64,000 bases of DNA from Amphiscolops sp. MND2022. Taxonomy: Eukaryota. The DNA lies in the NCBI GenBank assembly GCA_964187785.1, contig OZ076409.1:57972001-58036000 (forward strand). The letters run 5' to 3'. This document shows positions 46,459-59,012 of the stretch, one piece after another; position 1 is the stretch's first letter; each line of letters begins with the position of its first letter. The notes beneath the pieces were generated by a model. The model saw only the letters and a program-made list of their open reading frames with translations. It had not been told where the DNA came from and searched no databases. Made by a program: the position numbers and the translations under genes.

Positions 46459-47997
46459 CTTGTTCAAGTTTAAATTCTCAATTTTCTTTAGAAGGAATCT
46501 AAGTAGAATCTTGAGCAGAGAAATTTGAAGTTTTGAAACTTTCAATTATTTTCAACAAAAGACAATTGCTTGCGATAAACAACAAAATTTTAACTAAATA
46601 TGGCCTCTTGGTCCCATCATATTTATACCTTCCGATCGAGGAAGCAAGGAAAAGACACGCACATACTTCACATTTCGTTCAGCCCGGCGTCCATCCGAGG
46701 CAGGGAAAACGGAAATTCAGTTCCGCTTAGTCGAACTCAGGCTTTCAGTTTGTTCATGCTTCCCGGGGAAAGCAAGCGTCCACTTCCGGCCTGAGTTGCG
46801 ACTTCGCTTTCCTTCCTCTCCAATCTCCCGCCTCTTCGAGACGCCGAACTGAACAACTAGCAAAAACACACGCTGTGACTCATCAAACGAAGTTAACAAA
46901 CTGCACTAAATTTGGGAAGAAACGATGACAGTCAAATTCCTTTTACAGATATTCTCTAATTAAAATAAATTAGCAACGAAATGATAGAAAATTAAATGGA
47001 AAAAGTATGATGAACTGCAAAAGGGAGAGTAGAATCTTTTCTACGGTGTATTTGGTGATGTTTTAAATAAAACGGCAAAGCCTGGTCCCAGGCCATGGTC
47101 CTGGACGGACAAATTGGTTCAACAAAATACAGTGATTATAAACAGTGTATAGCATCAGAGACATTATTTTATGGAATAATAAATGCAATTAAACGGTAAC
47201 ATGTTTAGGAAATGGTATATGCATGCAATTAACCCTTGGTTTGCATTTTGACATTGAGCCTTTGGCTCAGGCCACGGTTCAGGCTTATTTACTGATTAGA
47301 CGCCATTTACATGTAAAAGTACATTATATGTAATATTCCAATCAACAGAATTATTTAGGATCATCAGTGATGGCTATTAGAGTTATTTCGAAACAAAGTT
47401 ACATGTTAGCATCAACACTTTCTAATTTTGCGGACAGTTCGCTGTATTTTCATTCTCAGGCCGCGTCTCAGGCCGCGGTCCCAAATATTGCAATGAATAG
47501 GCGCGGGAATCTCAATTATTGGTATATATACAAAACTGCACTGTCGATGAAGCACTGCATTAGCCATTAGTTTGTATGCATGTATTTACTGTAAGGGAAT
47601 GCTTGTGTATTGGTTTACAAATCTCAGGCCGCCTGCCAGGCCACCGCTTTAGTGAGCGCATTTGAGGCCGGCCGCCAGGCCGCAGTTCCGTTCAAGAATT
47701 AATTGACTGCTTGTCAGGTTGAGTGTTTTACGTAGTATTGATATTAGCACTATGTTATTAACATTATTAACTGCACTTTAGCTCCGTTATTTGTAAGTAC
47801 GTATTTAAATAAGTGTACATTAATATAGTAATATTAATATATATATTTATTTATTTAATTGTTTCAAATTTAGCGCCTCTGTTTCTAATTGTCCCTTTGT
47901 TGTTTCTTTCTTGTTCTTTCCTCTCTTTTCCCAATTTATTCTTTGAAGACTGGGTTACACATGTTGCAATACTCACAGCTTATGCGGGGCTGTGACA
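46104..47997 (-). repeat. 5' LTR of C
   Basis: TGTCACAG...CAACACA on the - strand; TSD adjacent. Confidence 0.97.
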
Positions 47998-48002
47998 TCA
48001 TC

Positions 48003-48204
48003 ATCTTGTTTTGAACGAACTTACGCAACCACAGTTGGAGTTGTCATAGTTCCCCAGATTAGGTATGGTGAGCTTTTGGGTACAAGTCCGTTCTGCCGTT
48101 CTCGATGTTGTGTTGTTGAACGGTGGCTTTCTTCTCGAGGCTTGTTCCGTCAATTGATGAGATTGGTCACCGTTGCTCGGTGACGTGCTGTTTATGTCGT
48201 CCAT
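48003..48204 (-). pseudogene. Probable 5' gag fragment of decayed element D, displaced by insertion of C
   Basis: ATG ORF on the same strand as D's gag remnants, contiguous with them across the TCATC TSD. Confidence 0.5.
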
Positions 48205-48457
48205 TCCTGGAAACGTTTGGATAGTTTCTCCGCTGAATCCTAAGCTAAGAATTGGTTTGACTGCGGCATGTTGTATTCTTGTTCAACGTAAGATAATTCT
48301 TTTGCTTAAAATGTATTGTAAGCGCTAACTTTCTGTTCCTGAATGTAGCTTACATAATGATCACAGTAAAATTAGCAGGTACTTCAGATAGAAAAATTTT
48401 TTATTTATACTCACAACGTAAATAGTCTAGGCTAAAGTCTAGAGTTTGTCCTTTAGG

Positions 48458-49055
48458 TATACGGGAACGTCTAAAGTCGGCGCTATATCTAAGGCTCATA
48501 AAGCGCAAAACATTTTTTTTGGAAAAAAACTTCGAAATTTTTGATAAAATTTTTCTTTCGGAAAATGTCGCACAGTGACGAAAATGTAAAATAGGGGGAC
48601 CCTTTTTGATTTCCAAACATGCATTCTGTTGCAAAATAACAAAAAACTCAAAGGGGGGACCCTTTGGGGTCATTAAAATATTTTCGATAAAAAATTGCAC
48701 AGTGCCGAAAAAAATCAAAAGGGGGACCCTTTAGCCTCGGCCGGTTTTGTAGGTTACAATAAAAAAGTAAAAAATGAAAGGGGGGACCCTTTGGAGACAA
48801 AAAAATTTTCGAAAAAAAGTCGCACAGTGCCGAAAAAAATCCGAAGGGGGGACCCTTTAGACACGTCCGGTTTTGTATGTTTCCTTGAAAAAGTAAAAAA
48901 TGAAAGGTGGGACCCTATGGACCTTTTGCCTCGGCGGGACCTGGCCTTAGGTGGTTTCAGGATCAGTTTCAGGATGTGAGGATTGTAGTCTGAAGAAAAA
49001 AAAAGGTCACTGCTATAGTCGGGCATTTTCCCTTAAAAGGCTAAAGCGCCGACTA
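48458..49055 (-). mobile_element. Helentron/DINE-1-like non-autonomous element
   Basis: Subterminal inverted repeats AGTCGGCGCT...AGCGCCGACT, internal GGGGACCC repeats, T-rich flank, related copy at 26664. Confidence 0.55.
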
Positions 49056-49969
49056 AAAACGGTTTTCGAATCTTATGGGTATTCCTTCGGGTATTTTTGG
49101 GCTCGGTAAAAGTGATTTAGTTTTAACTGTAGTGCATCGTTGTATAAAGAAAAAGTGTATCCTGTGTTTTTTGGCACCAAGCGACAATGAATTGAAGTAA
49201 AAAATTTTTCAATTCGAAAAAAGATATGTTCGAGTCTCAAGGTACGCCTTCAGGTATGTTTTCGTTACAGTATGATAATCGAGAAGTTTCAATAGTTTGT
49301 CTTTGGATATTTAAAATTCTTCGCTGTTATTGAACCTTGAGGATGGCACTTGGGAATTGTGTGTTGTGAAAACAACGTTGAACTTTGCTGAGGATCTTCA
49401 CATTTATCCGACCATAGTTTTCAGACTCTGACCTCAATCATACGTTTGCAGTTTACGTTGGTCTTATCCATATGGAGCTGTTTTTGTGATTTTTTCTTTT
49501 TGAGAAACATTTATTCTAAAGTAGCACAAATTGCCATTTGTTTACGATCTTGAAATTTGTTTTTGTTGAAAATTTTGTTCTCATATTTCTTTTCTCAATT
49601 CCTGCTCAAGCAACCGTTTTTTGCATGTTGAATCGAAATAACTGAAGTAAGAAGTTGCGCAATTTTTTAAGCTGACGTTGCGGAAAAATTAGAAAAAAAA
49701 CTTTCTCAACGTCGTCCTCCTCTGTGAGTTTTCAGTTTCTTTTCTGATCTCTTCTAAACCAGACCCACCTCAAGTTTGATTTGAGCGCAGCGTTTTTTCA
49801 TTCGGTGTCTTCATTGCAAAAACACGATCAAATTAATCAAAAACGTTAAAAATTCTTTCAATTTCAAGCTGTTTTTCCGTCCTTTCACTGTGTGGTCGTT
49901 TAATAGCTCGGGCTTTTGTCTGATTCCCTGTTGTTTTCCGGGTTTATCGCTGACTCTCGGTCGTTCAGC

Positions 49970-50525
49970 CTTTTAACGGTATTGCCTGTAATCAGATAGT
50001 ACAGGATTATTTAGTCTAATTATTGGGTTTGTTTCCGTCAGGCGTTTTGATCTATGTAGGTTAATTGCTTTGGTATCTTGTTCTCTTTCTGTGCTTGAAC
50101 TTAGGTTACTCAGCGGTTCTAATTCGGATGTTTCTGAAAAATTATCTGTTATGTCTTCTTCCCCTCCGGTCGAAAATTTTGTGAGAGTTTGAGTTACCTT
50201 ACCGTTCATGTCGTTTTTGTGTAGCTCCTTGTTTGCCTTTTTGGCGTCCTCAATAATACAGTCTCCGTATCTACTATGTATTTCAACGTTATGGCTAGTG
50301 GGTCCATACTGTCTTGGCTTTGGTCCGGTTGTATGGCTGAGTCTCCTGATGAACCGGCGCTTTGTCTGTTTCGGATTACCTTCCGCCGCCCTCTTCCGAA
50401 TACCCCGCTCTTTTTTTTGTGGCTGGTCCGTTGTTGATGTTCTGCCCGTTGTTTTTCTGGTGTCCGCTTGTTGCTGTGTCGACGTCTGGTCTCCGGAGTC
50501 GCTGACCGATTCCGGGTATTTGCCT
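49970..50525 (-). mobile_element. Second fragment of the element-D family (pol C-terminal region)
   Basis: 50200-50525 is highly similar to 28385-28720 (GVFGRGRRKVIRNRQS...MDPLAIT). Confidence 0.8.
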
Positions 50526-53500
50526 GATGAGGAAGACTGTTCAAAAATCTCCTATTTCGAAAATGTTTTAAGATTTGTCAAACTTTTTTGATACATGACA
50601 ATATATTGGATGTTGAAAGATCCCAAATGCCACCGGCGCGCCAATTCGGTTCCCTTGGGTTTTCCCGGTACTATTGACGAGAATGCTTAACGCTTTGAAG
50701 TCATTTTACAATTTTTGAGCCTTAAGCAGGGCTCCGACAAATTTCGTTCCAGGCTTGTTGAGCTTTTGGTGGGGCGCCGACTCAAGGTGGTCCTGTTTTG
50801 TTCGAAAGTGTTTTATCTATTTTCTCTATGTTGGATTCAATAAAAGGATAACTACTGAAGTGGACCATGAGAAATTTTTTACCGAATGTAGAGAAACCTG
50901 ACATCGTTCGAAAAATGCTAAGAATTAGACTCGCTAAATCATCTTTAGAACCAGAGAAGAGCTCACTAAACAAAATCGAACCATGACCATGAGCTTCTCT
51001 AATCAGACGACAAGTGGAATCTATAAAAATCTTTCTGTTGAGACTTAAAAATCATGCAAAACCTTGTTGAAAAAAAATCAAAAGTTATTCGATTGTTTTC
51101 TTGCATTTTTGTTTACTGGTTGTTTCAGACTTTTTGAGGAAAGGTGATGTATCACCAGAAAAACTATGGCTACGAAAGAAAAACTTGTAGGAAATAAAGC
51201 TTGGAAAATATCAAAAAAGTCATTTACACTTTCTGAAATTCCGAGCTTATTATGAAAAAAAGATCAAAACGTCTGTATCAGAATTGACAGAATGGTAACT
51301 GCAGACTTCAGTTTACTCTTGATTTATAGGCGAGTGAAGTAAGACAAGCGATTTTTTGGGCCAAAGGTTTTCATTCAGTTTACGCGTAACACAGAATAGT
51401 TAACTTCGAACCCTCGCGTCACTAAATCTATGACAGGTAGGTGTTTGTTTCACTGAAATAGTGGTCAAAATTATCAACTTTTTTCGGAAACAGAAGTGTC
51501 GAACGAAATTCAATCGTCTACTTTTCCAAAAAAAAACGATTTGTTCTGCGTTTCAAGCTATATATATCCCGATACAAATATCTGGCATCGGTTAACGGTT
51601 TCTGTAGGATTTTTTAGATTTTGACGTTTCTATAAAAACTCCATCATTTTGTGCGGCTCACACTATAAATAGGATCGTTTTTGTTCCGTTTCGAGATTCG
51701 TAAGCTAGTGAAAGCAGCTGAAAAGGTTGACTGTTACGTGTTTTGATAATACTCATTTTGCAAAAATGATATTTACTTAGAAGACGGCCCTTGAATCTAA
51801 GTGAATGAGCGTCGCTGGCAGTGAAATTATTCGAATTGTCTAAGCCAGAGCTGGATCCCTCCCCGAGAGCGAATTTTACAAAATCCCACTTTTGGTCTAA
51901 ATTATTCTACGATCCAGCCAACAAAAACCAAACATCAAAAAATCGAAACCTTCACTCAGGTTTTTCTCGAAGACTGTTACTCGTAGAGACCTGAAATATG
52001 GTACACGTATATCTCAGCTGTTATGTTAAATGGAATAAAAATGGAACCGATCCGCGGCCACCAGTCCCGGTTTATTAGCACCGGAATGGAACCAGGTTGA
52101 CCCTACGAACTCGTCAGCGAAGTACGGAATAAGTCATCTAACACATGAAAGGATGGTCTATAGAATATTGGGCCTTTTGCGCATATTTTCGAAACACTGC
52201 GATGCGCGTAGGAGGAGCGCGTACCCTATGCAAACAAAGCCAGAATGTAATGTAAATTGCCACGAGTTGACCCGAGGATCATAAAATTTTCCTAAGATGT
52301 TCACCCACCAACCCTAAGTAACATACAGGGAAGATACCTTGATCGGCCGATGGCGCAAGAAGTAATGTTTGTTAAAGGCACGCGGGCCCGACCGATTAAT
52401 GACATTTGACCTTGGCTTGTAAGATCTCAAACGAACCGGAACGATGAATGTAGTCGTTTCCTAACGAGGATGGAACAGTATTTACAACCCATGCGGGGAT
52501 AACCACTTCAAGTAAACAAATAGTACGCATATCATGTAACAATAGAAGATTAGGAATAAATTAAAGGTCACAGGCGGACATCAAGGTCTTTTCAGAAGTA
52601 ACCCGGAACATGTGGAAAAACGTACAATAAAACATGTGAATCAGCGTCGTTTGCTCGATGATTTATGCAGTTCGACTAGGCGAGATGATTCTCAGTGAAT
52701 TGCGCTCAAAAGAACGTACCTCCCCTGTATAGAGGACATGTAAACCATGTAATTGAAGGTCATTGAATATTTGTCCGGAAATTAGAATTATCTCGGGTAA
52801 CTTGAATTATTAATGAAGCGTGGACCTCGGACAAGATGATGATATGTTTGTCGTTGGCGGTATACAGAATAGTCACAACCGAGTTAGAGGGCTACAAGCA
52901 GGTTGAGTCTCGCGACGGGCACAAGAAACTTGACTTAGCAAAAGGAACTGTTCGTCGCTAACTTTGTGAGCTAGAGATGGGAATTCTGCAAGTCGAGATC
53001 TTTATTTTGCATTTCCGCACAGTTGGCTGGATGGAAATTAGTTGTTGTTTAGTGATTATTGTTAAAGGACCAGATTCGACTTTCCTAATAAAAGTAATTC
53101 GATTATTACTTCGACTTTCAAATCAAATCAAGAGAGCCGAATAACTTGAGCTACGAGAGAGATTTCGCACACACGATAGAAAGAGCCGAACTTACTCACC
53201 AAAAAATTTCATCTGATAGAGTTAGATCCTTGGGAATTTCTCTTCGCCCTTGCAAACTAAATATTCTAGTTTCACAACTGATCAAGCTATACTCCGGCTG
53301 TTTTTTTTCGGGTGAGAACTGAATTCTCAAAGTGGTCCCTTGACATCATCAAGTTCATTACATCCGCGTCAACAACTTCAACACTTTTAGAACGTCAGTT
53401 CAATGGGCTATTTTGGTCGTGAGAAAACTTTCAGATGAAATTTTTTTGATTCAAACACATTGCTAGAATATTGTTTTATCGAAGTTTCCTTTTCAGTATT

Positions 53501-54812
53501 TTTGCACCGTTTTTCGGTATTTTCGGTATTCAACTATAAGCAATTGTTCGGCCACTCACTGTTCGAGGCAGTACACTGCGCCTCTACAGAACTAGATAAA
53601 CGGTCTTAAATCAAGAGACATTGAGAAGTTTCTGTTCTCATAAGTGTTTACCTGAGAAACGTTTTGTTTTCCGATAGTGATTTCTCTGAAGACATTCTGT
53701 GAAACTCTTTGAAACGATGATAATTTCCTTCAACGTAACGTTTCATGTAGGAATTCTTTAAAAATTGCATTCGTGCGTTTCAGTTAAAGATTTCGAATTT
53801 CGAGTAATCCATTTACAATTGAAAAAGATTTGTAATTAGAAAATGATGCGTTGCAATTGCGAAATCCAAAAACTTTTTCATAAAGCTCTCGGAATAAACT
53901 ACAAAATGTTTCCTCTTCAATGAAACCATAAGAATTTTCAACATTCGGAATTTGTATGGTTTCATGTAACCCTTCGTTTTTGTTCAGGGTATCTCAATGC
54001 AAAATTTTTGAAAATTTCTATTTGAACTAAAACCAAAACCTCAATGTTTTTTCACCTGCGACACTCTGAGTCATCGTCGACAAGACTTAAGCGAGCTGAA
54101 GTTTTTCTTTTTCATCTATCACTTTATCTCTCCTCCACTGCAAATCATCTAGTGGTTACGTGACTTTCACTCCGTTCAATTAACACAACTTGAAGTCAAA
54201 CATTTGTGTGCTTCGAATAAAACTTGGTAGGTTTGTACATTTTCGTAAACGTGTAGAAAACAAGGCTGCGCTCGAAAATTTGTATGAGCAAGGAAATTTA
54301 TCTTAGGGATTTACAAATTGGCAACAGAAATCGATGGGACCAAAAATGCGGGAGTTTGCGATTTGCGGAATTACATGTAATAAGACGCGACTTTGATTTG
54401 TGCTGACTATTTTGATCGAATTTAGATAAAAAATCTGCTGAAATATTTCCGTTTCAAATATTTGCAAGATTCTAATTACCAATTAAATACAATTTGGATG
54501 TTGAAAATTCTGGCATCGAGCTGTTCTATCTTAATTTATTTTAGGACAACATTTAGAAGCTTTTCTGATTTATATTCTGATTTGAACAAAAATTCCATCA
54601 TGCTCTAACAGATTTTCCAAGAAACATTTACTTTGATGCTTTTCCGGGATCGTAGCTGATTTTTGAAAATTTCCGAAAACATTCATCATCCGGAACGTTC
54701 CGGATTGACACCCCAGAGGTAGATCACTAAAGTCTTTGTCTGTCAGAGCTGAAGTGCATGCCTGTGCCACAGATTTTGTCAAGGTTTTTCCTGTCAGATC
54801 ACATATGGATTG

Positions 54813-57800
54813 TGTGAGAGAGTAAAACTAGACTCTCGAACTGACCTCTAATGCAATTAAACACCTAATGTACTTGTTGGGAAAACAAGCCGAGACTGGC
54901 CCAAGTTGACGCTCAATCTAAGGCTCAAAAATAGCAAAAGGATTTGAGAGGGAGAACGTTTTGAGATTTTTCATTGCAAAGGGAGGCTGAATGATGAAGC
55001 TGAATACTCAACAAGCCGACCAATTAGATTGCAGCACAGAAGAAAAATCTGAGAATAAGGTCGACAACGTAGAAGAAGTTTGAGCCCCACTATTTGTGTT
55101 AAAGGGTGAAAACAACAACAAACATTTCTCAGCGATGATCGAATCGGGTCACCAATAACAATTTTTACACAAAACGATCGTGTTACATAGGGGAAGATTC
55201 TGACGACGGATGAGACACTCGCGAGGCCGGTACCCGAAATGAAGATTTCTTTCTCTACAATGGAGAACCACTAAATCAATTGAGGCTTACGACAGGTGAT
55301 GATAAGATGGGAAGCAGTACATAAAGGAGCAAAGATTTTAAGTACGCGCGAGAGGAAGAAAACTCCCATCAGACGTGACTGGTTTGCGAAACTCTACTTC
55401 GAGGTAGCCGAGTCAAACGATGAGTGAGTGAACAAGTGATGTACCAAAGGTAAATAGTACAATAGTTAAAAGAGAGATATCACAAAATTGAAAAGAACAC
55501 AACCTTAATTTCCAAACATTTTCAGAAGACAACGAAGATTGAATTCCAAGATGAATGAATGTTGCCTAGCACAAGGGGCGACGAGTCTCATTACAACTAC
55601 AAAAAGCAGTGGATGCATCAATCAAACACTTGCTAGAAGCAGGACATATCAATCGATTCGACTGTTATTTCATTCGCCCGTAGTCATACCAATCAAAAAA
55701 GATCAATGCGTCGAAATATTTCTTGATGCTAATTCGCTTCACAATTCCAAACTGGAAGACAAGTATTGGATGCCAAATCAGGAGCGCTTGAAGGAAAAGA
55801 CTGCTGTAATCGTGAATGGAGAAGAAGAAACAGAGGCACGAGTCACATCATTGGATTTGCTATACGCATGCGGACAATAACAATTACAACCAAAATTTGC
55901 TACACACTGCAACTTCCACATCATCTAGCGAGAGATGACAAGGAGGTATGCTTTCAAAACAGCTGTTACAGGTTAACAATGAAGTCAGCGGAACGCCAAA
56001 AGATAATGGATAAAATCATGCAAAAATAACATGACGACATTTTCATTCATCGACGACATCTAAAGAAACATAACGGGAACAAAAGCGGATCTTATGGAGA
56101 CGTTGCAGGAAGCAGTGAAATCAATGAACAAAGCATGAATACGACTGAAAATGGAAAAGTGCAAGATATCAAAGACGGAAACAAAATTGCTGCGATGCAG
56201 ACTATCAGCAGATAGCATCAGAAAGTACAAACAGTATTTGACAAGTTGATGCCAAGAAACCTGAAGGACTAATCTCTATCGTCGGCACAAGAACGTGAAC
56301 GAATATATACCTAACCTACCAAACTTTTGGACCACATTGCTACCATTACTGAACAAACACCAAGACTGGAAATTGGGAAGCAGAACATGAGAGTGTATTC
56401 AATACGTTCGGGTATGCAATAGCCAAATGGCAGAGGCATCTTTTGTGATGCTAGCAAAGATGGGCTAGGAGCAGTGAGACAGAAGAAGTCCGATATTAGC
56501 AAACTACACATTTTTTAACAAGCTGGGTTTGGTAGTTTGAGGAAAAGTACTCTAAAAATGATTTGGAGTTATTAGCAGTACTATGGGATTCACACTGCTT
56601 CAGTTTAAGGTGGTACATGTTCCAGGTCTCACTATAGGAATGGCCGACTGTCTCGACACCGTCCAGCGTTTTCCGGAGGTAACAGCAACGACAGTAAAAA
56701 TGAAGCTGAGGTGTTTTGGCATAACTGGTTCACAGTGGACGCAACATCCAGAAAAGAAGTTGTTTCAGCTAATCCGATACTACAAACCACACCGAAGCAG
56801 CAAATCAGAAGGAAACTGGCAAGTGAGAACAAGCAGTACGTAAGCGAAATTTTGCAAAGTGGGGCGGATAATGCTAAAGCAAATGAACAAACGATTTTCT
56901 TTCAATGGACGAGCGCCTAAGTCTACCGAAGGGTCTGCGAACAAGTATCATGCTGTCACTACAAAATGGTTTCCTGGGTGTGACAGCAAGCTGGCACCGG
57001 TATCAATTGTGTGGTGGCCTAGGTTGTACAGAGAGGTGGTGTCCATAGCAAGAGCTTGCACGCAGAGTCAAGAGGCCGGTAGGAACGCAAAACAAGTACT
57101 TAGACAATAGCATATAATTAACGTGCTCGAATGCACTGAAAGTAACCACGATTTAGCAAAAGACTTTGCAGGCATCTTTTGAAAATGAACTTATCGCGAA
57201 GAAGTATCTTCCAGTGTTTTCATATCATTTTTCAGGTCGGCCAGAATCGAAAATCTCGAGAAAGCCATCAACGTAAACGGTAGTGAAGTTTTTAAAACAT
57301 TTATAGCTAGACACGGGAAACCGCAATTAAGGACAAACACGGCAAATCTCTTCTGAAGCACAAGATTTGAGTGTTTTTACAGAGAGCAGCTAATTGAACT
57401 TATATAATGGATGATGGCGACCATTTCAGTAACAGAAAGATAGAACAAAGAATAAAAGGATGTTGGGAAACAAGCGAGTAATCAAAAGAAAAGTTTTTTA
57501 GGCTTGTCAGAGATTCTCTTCGCACTAAAAATGTATGCTTCGCAAGTAACTATCGTCGAACAAGATACATACTGGCAGAGAACCGAATACTTTCCAAAAA
57601 AGTTATATATCCTTACAGGTTCATTTCAGAATCTTCAACAGTCCAACTAACCGGAACAGATTTTGAATTGGGGTCAAGAACTCAACAATTTGGCTGCAAG
57701 AGAGGACAAGGCTCCAATTTGGACGGTGCATACGAGAAGAGAACTGGGGTCTTGTTGGAGCACCCAACAGCACAATAAAAACTTTACCAGCAGATAGAAA

Positions 57801-58640
57801 GCAGGCAACGATATTCACCAAAAGAGACATGGGCAGTAGCGCGAACACACCGAAGAGCTGCAAGACTTTAGGAATGAACGATCTACTAATTTCGAGCGAG
57901 ATGGCTCATAACAGCGGGCAACCGAAAGAACATCTACAATCACCAATAATGGAAGTCCCTCCAGAAATGGCAAAAGAACAAAAAATGCAAGATTGTCAAG
58001 AAAGAACGAACCGGCCATTAGAGAGCTCAGGAAGAAAATGAGGAAACTGAAACAAGCCAAAAAAAGGCACGACAGGCAGAAATGATCGAATCAGAAATTC
58101 AGTAGCATGGGGAAGATACACAAAACCAAACACAGCAACAGGATATGAAAACAAGCAAAAGTGTCAAAAGTGTAGAGTCGAGAATGCAATTAGAGTCGAC
58201 TGATAAAAACGAAGAGAAACATGTGACAACGCCGTCACCGGAACCACCGCGACGATGAATGAGGAATGCGCCCAAGACAGATTTTCCAGACCACAACATC
58301 ATGATTTTGCTAATAAGCATGAACCCAGGATGCGGAGTCGAGAACACGGAAAACTGAAGAAGCATAGAAAACCAAAAGCCTAAAAATTAACAGTTAAACT
58401 CACCCGTGTCGTGCTAGCCAAGTACTTCAGTGCAAACATTGACTTCTACTGATTACATAGATTACATAACATAAAACATAACCTTTGTAAACGTACATGA
58501 ACTAACCCATTTTCGTTGCCTGTAAACCTGTTATGTTGTATAGTACATATATTTTTTTCTCTAAACTGGGTCGTGTGAGAGAGTTCGGCTAGACTCTCGA
58601 ACTGACCTCTAAGTTCTTCAAAAACAGAATGTAGTTCTTG
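54813..58640 (+). mobile_element. Old decayed Ty3/gypsy element E with diverged short LTR remnants
   Basis: TGTGAGAGAGT...CTAGACTCTCGAACTGACCTCTAA at 54813 and 58574; remnants MIESG(PR), FIDDI, IFCDASKDGLGAV, WWPRLYREV. Confidence 0.8.
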
Positions 58641-58974
58641 TCAAAGATATTTACAAATAGAAGTATATCAAGACAGAAATATACAAAAGATCATTTGTCA
58701 CAAGGTCTGGACATAGTTTAGTTAATAAACAATTGTCACCATATCCCTCTTCTCTAAGTGGCTAGCCAGCAGAATATTCACTCGTCAACAGGGTGTTGTA
58801 TTAGGAAGTCTCTGTGGTGGCAACCCGGGTTCCCGAGCAAAGATTGGGGACGGAACGATTGTTCACTCCGTTTATCTCTGTTAATACTGAAGAATTGACT
58901 GTACTGGATAATTCTTGCTATACAAAACATGATAATGTATTGATATATTTTTATCGAAGCCTTTTTCAATTGCA

Positions 58975-59012
58975 AAATACGATGAATTAATCATGATTAA
59001 TTCATCGTATTT
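58975..59012. repeat. Perfect 38-bp palindrome
   Basis: AAATACGATGAATTAATCA|TGATTAATTCATCGTATTT. Confidence 0.95.

Larger units (their letters stand above)
32465..47997 (-). mobile_element. Full-length, apparently intact giant Ty3/gypsy LTR retrotransposon C (15,533 bp)
   Basis: Two 1,894-bp LTRs at offset 13,639; TSD TCATC (32460-32464 and 47998-48002); uninterrupted gag and 1,911-aa pol ORF. Confidence 0.98.

Noticed and set aside
52019..53340. Possible solo LTR starting TGTTATGTT
   Set aside because: No second copy, TSD or clear right end could be established.
58800..58920. Possible terminal host exon on the - strand (QELSSTVN...TETS*)
   Set aside because: Acceptor-like context, but no recognisable protein or upstream exons.
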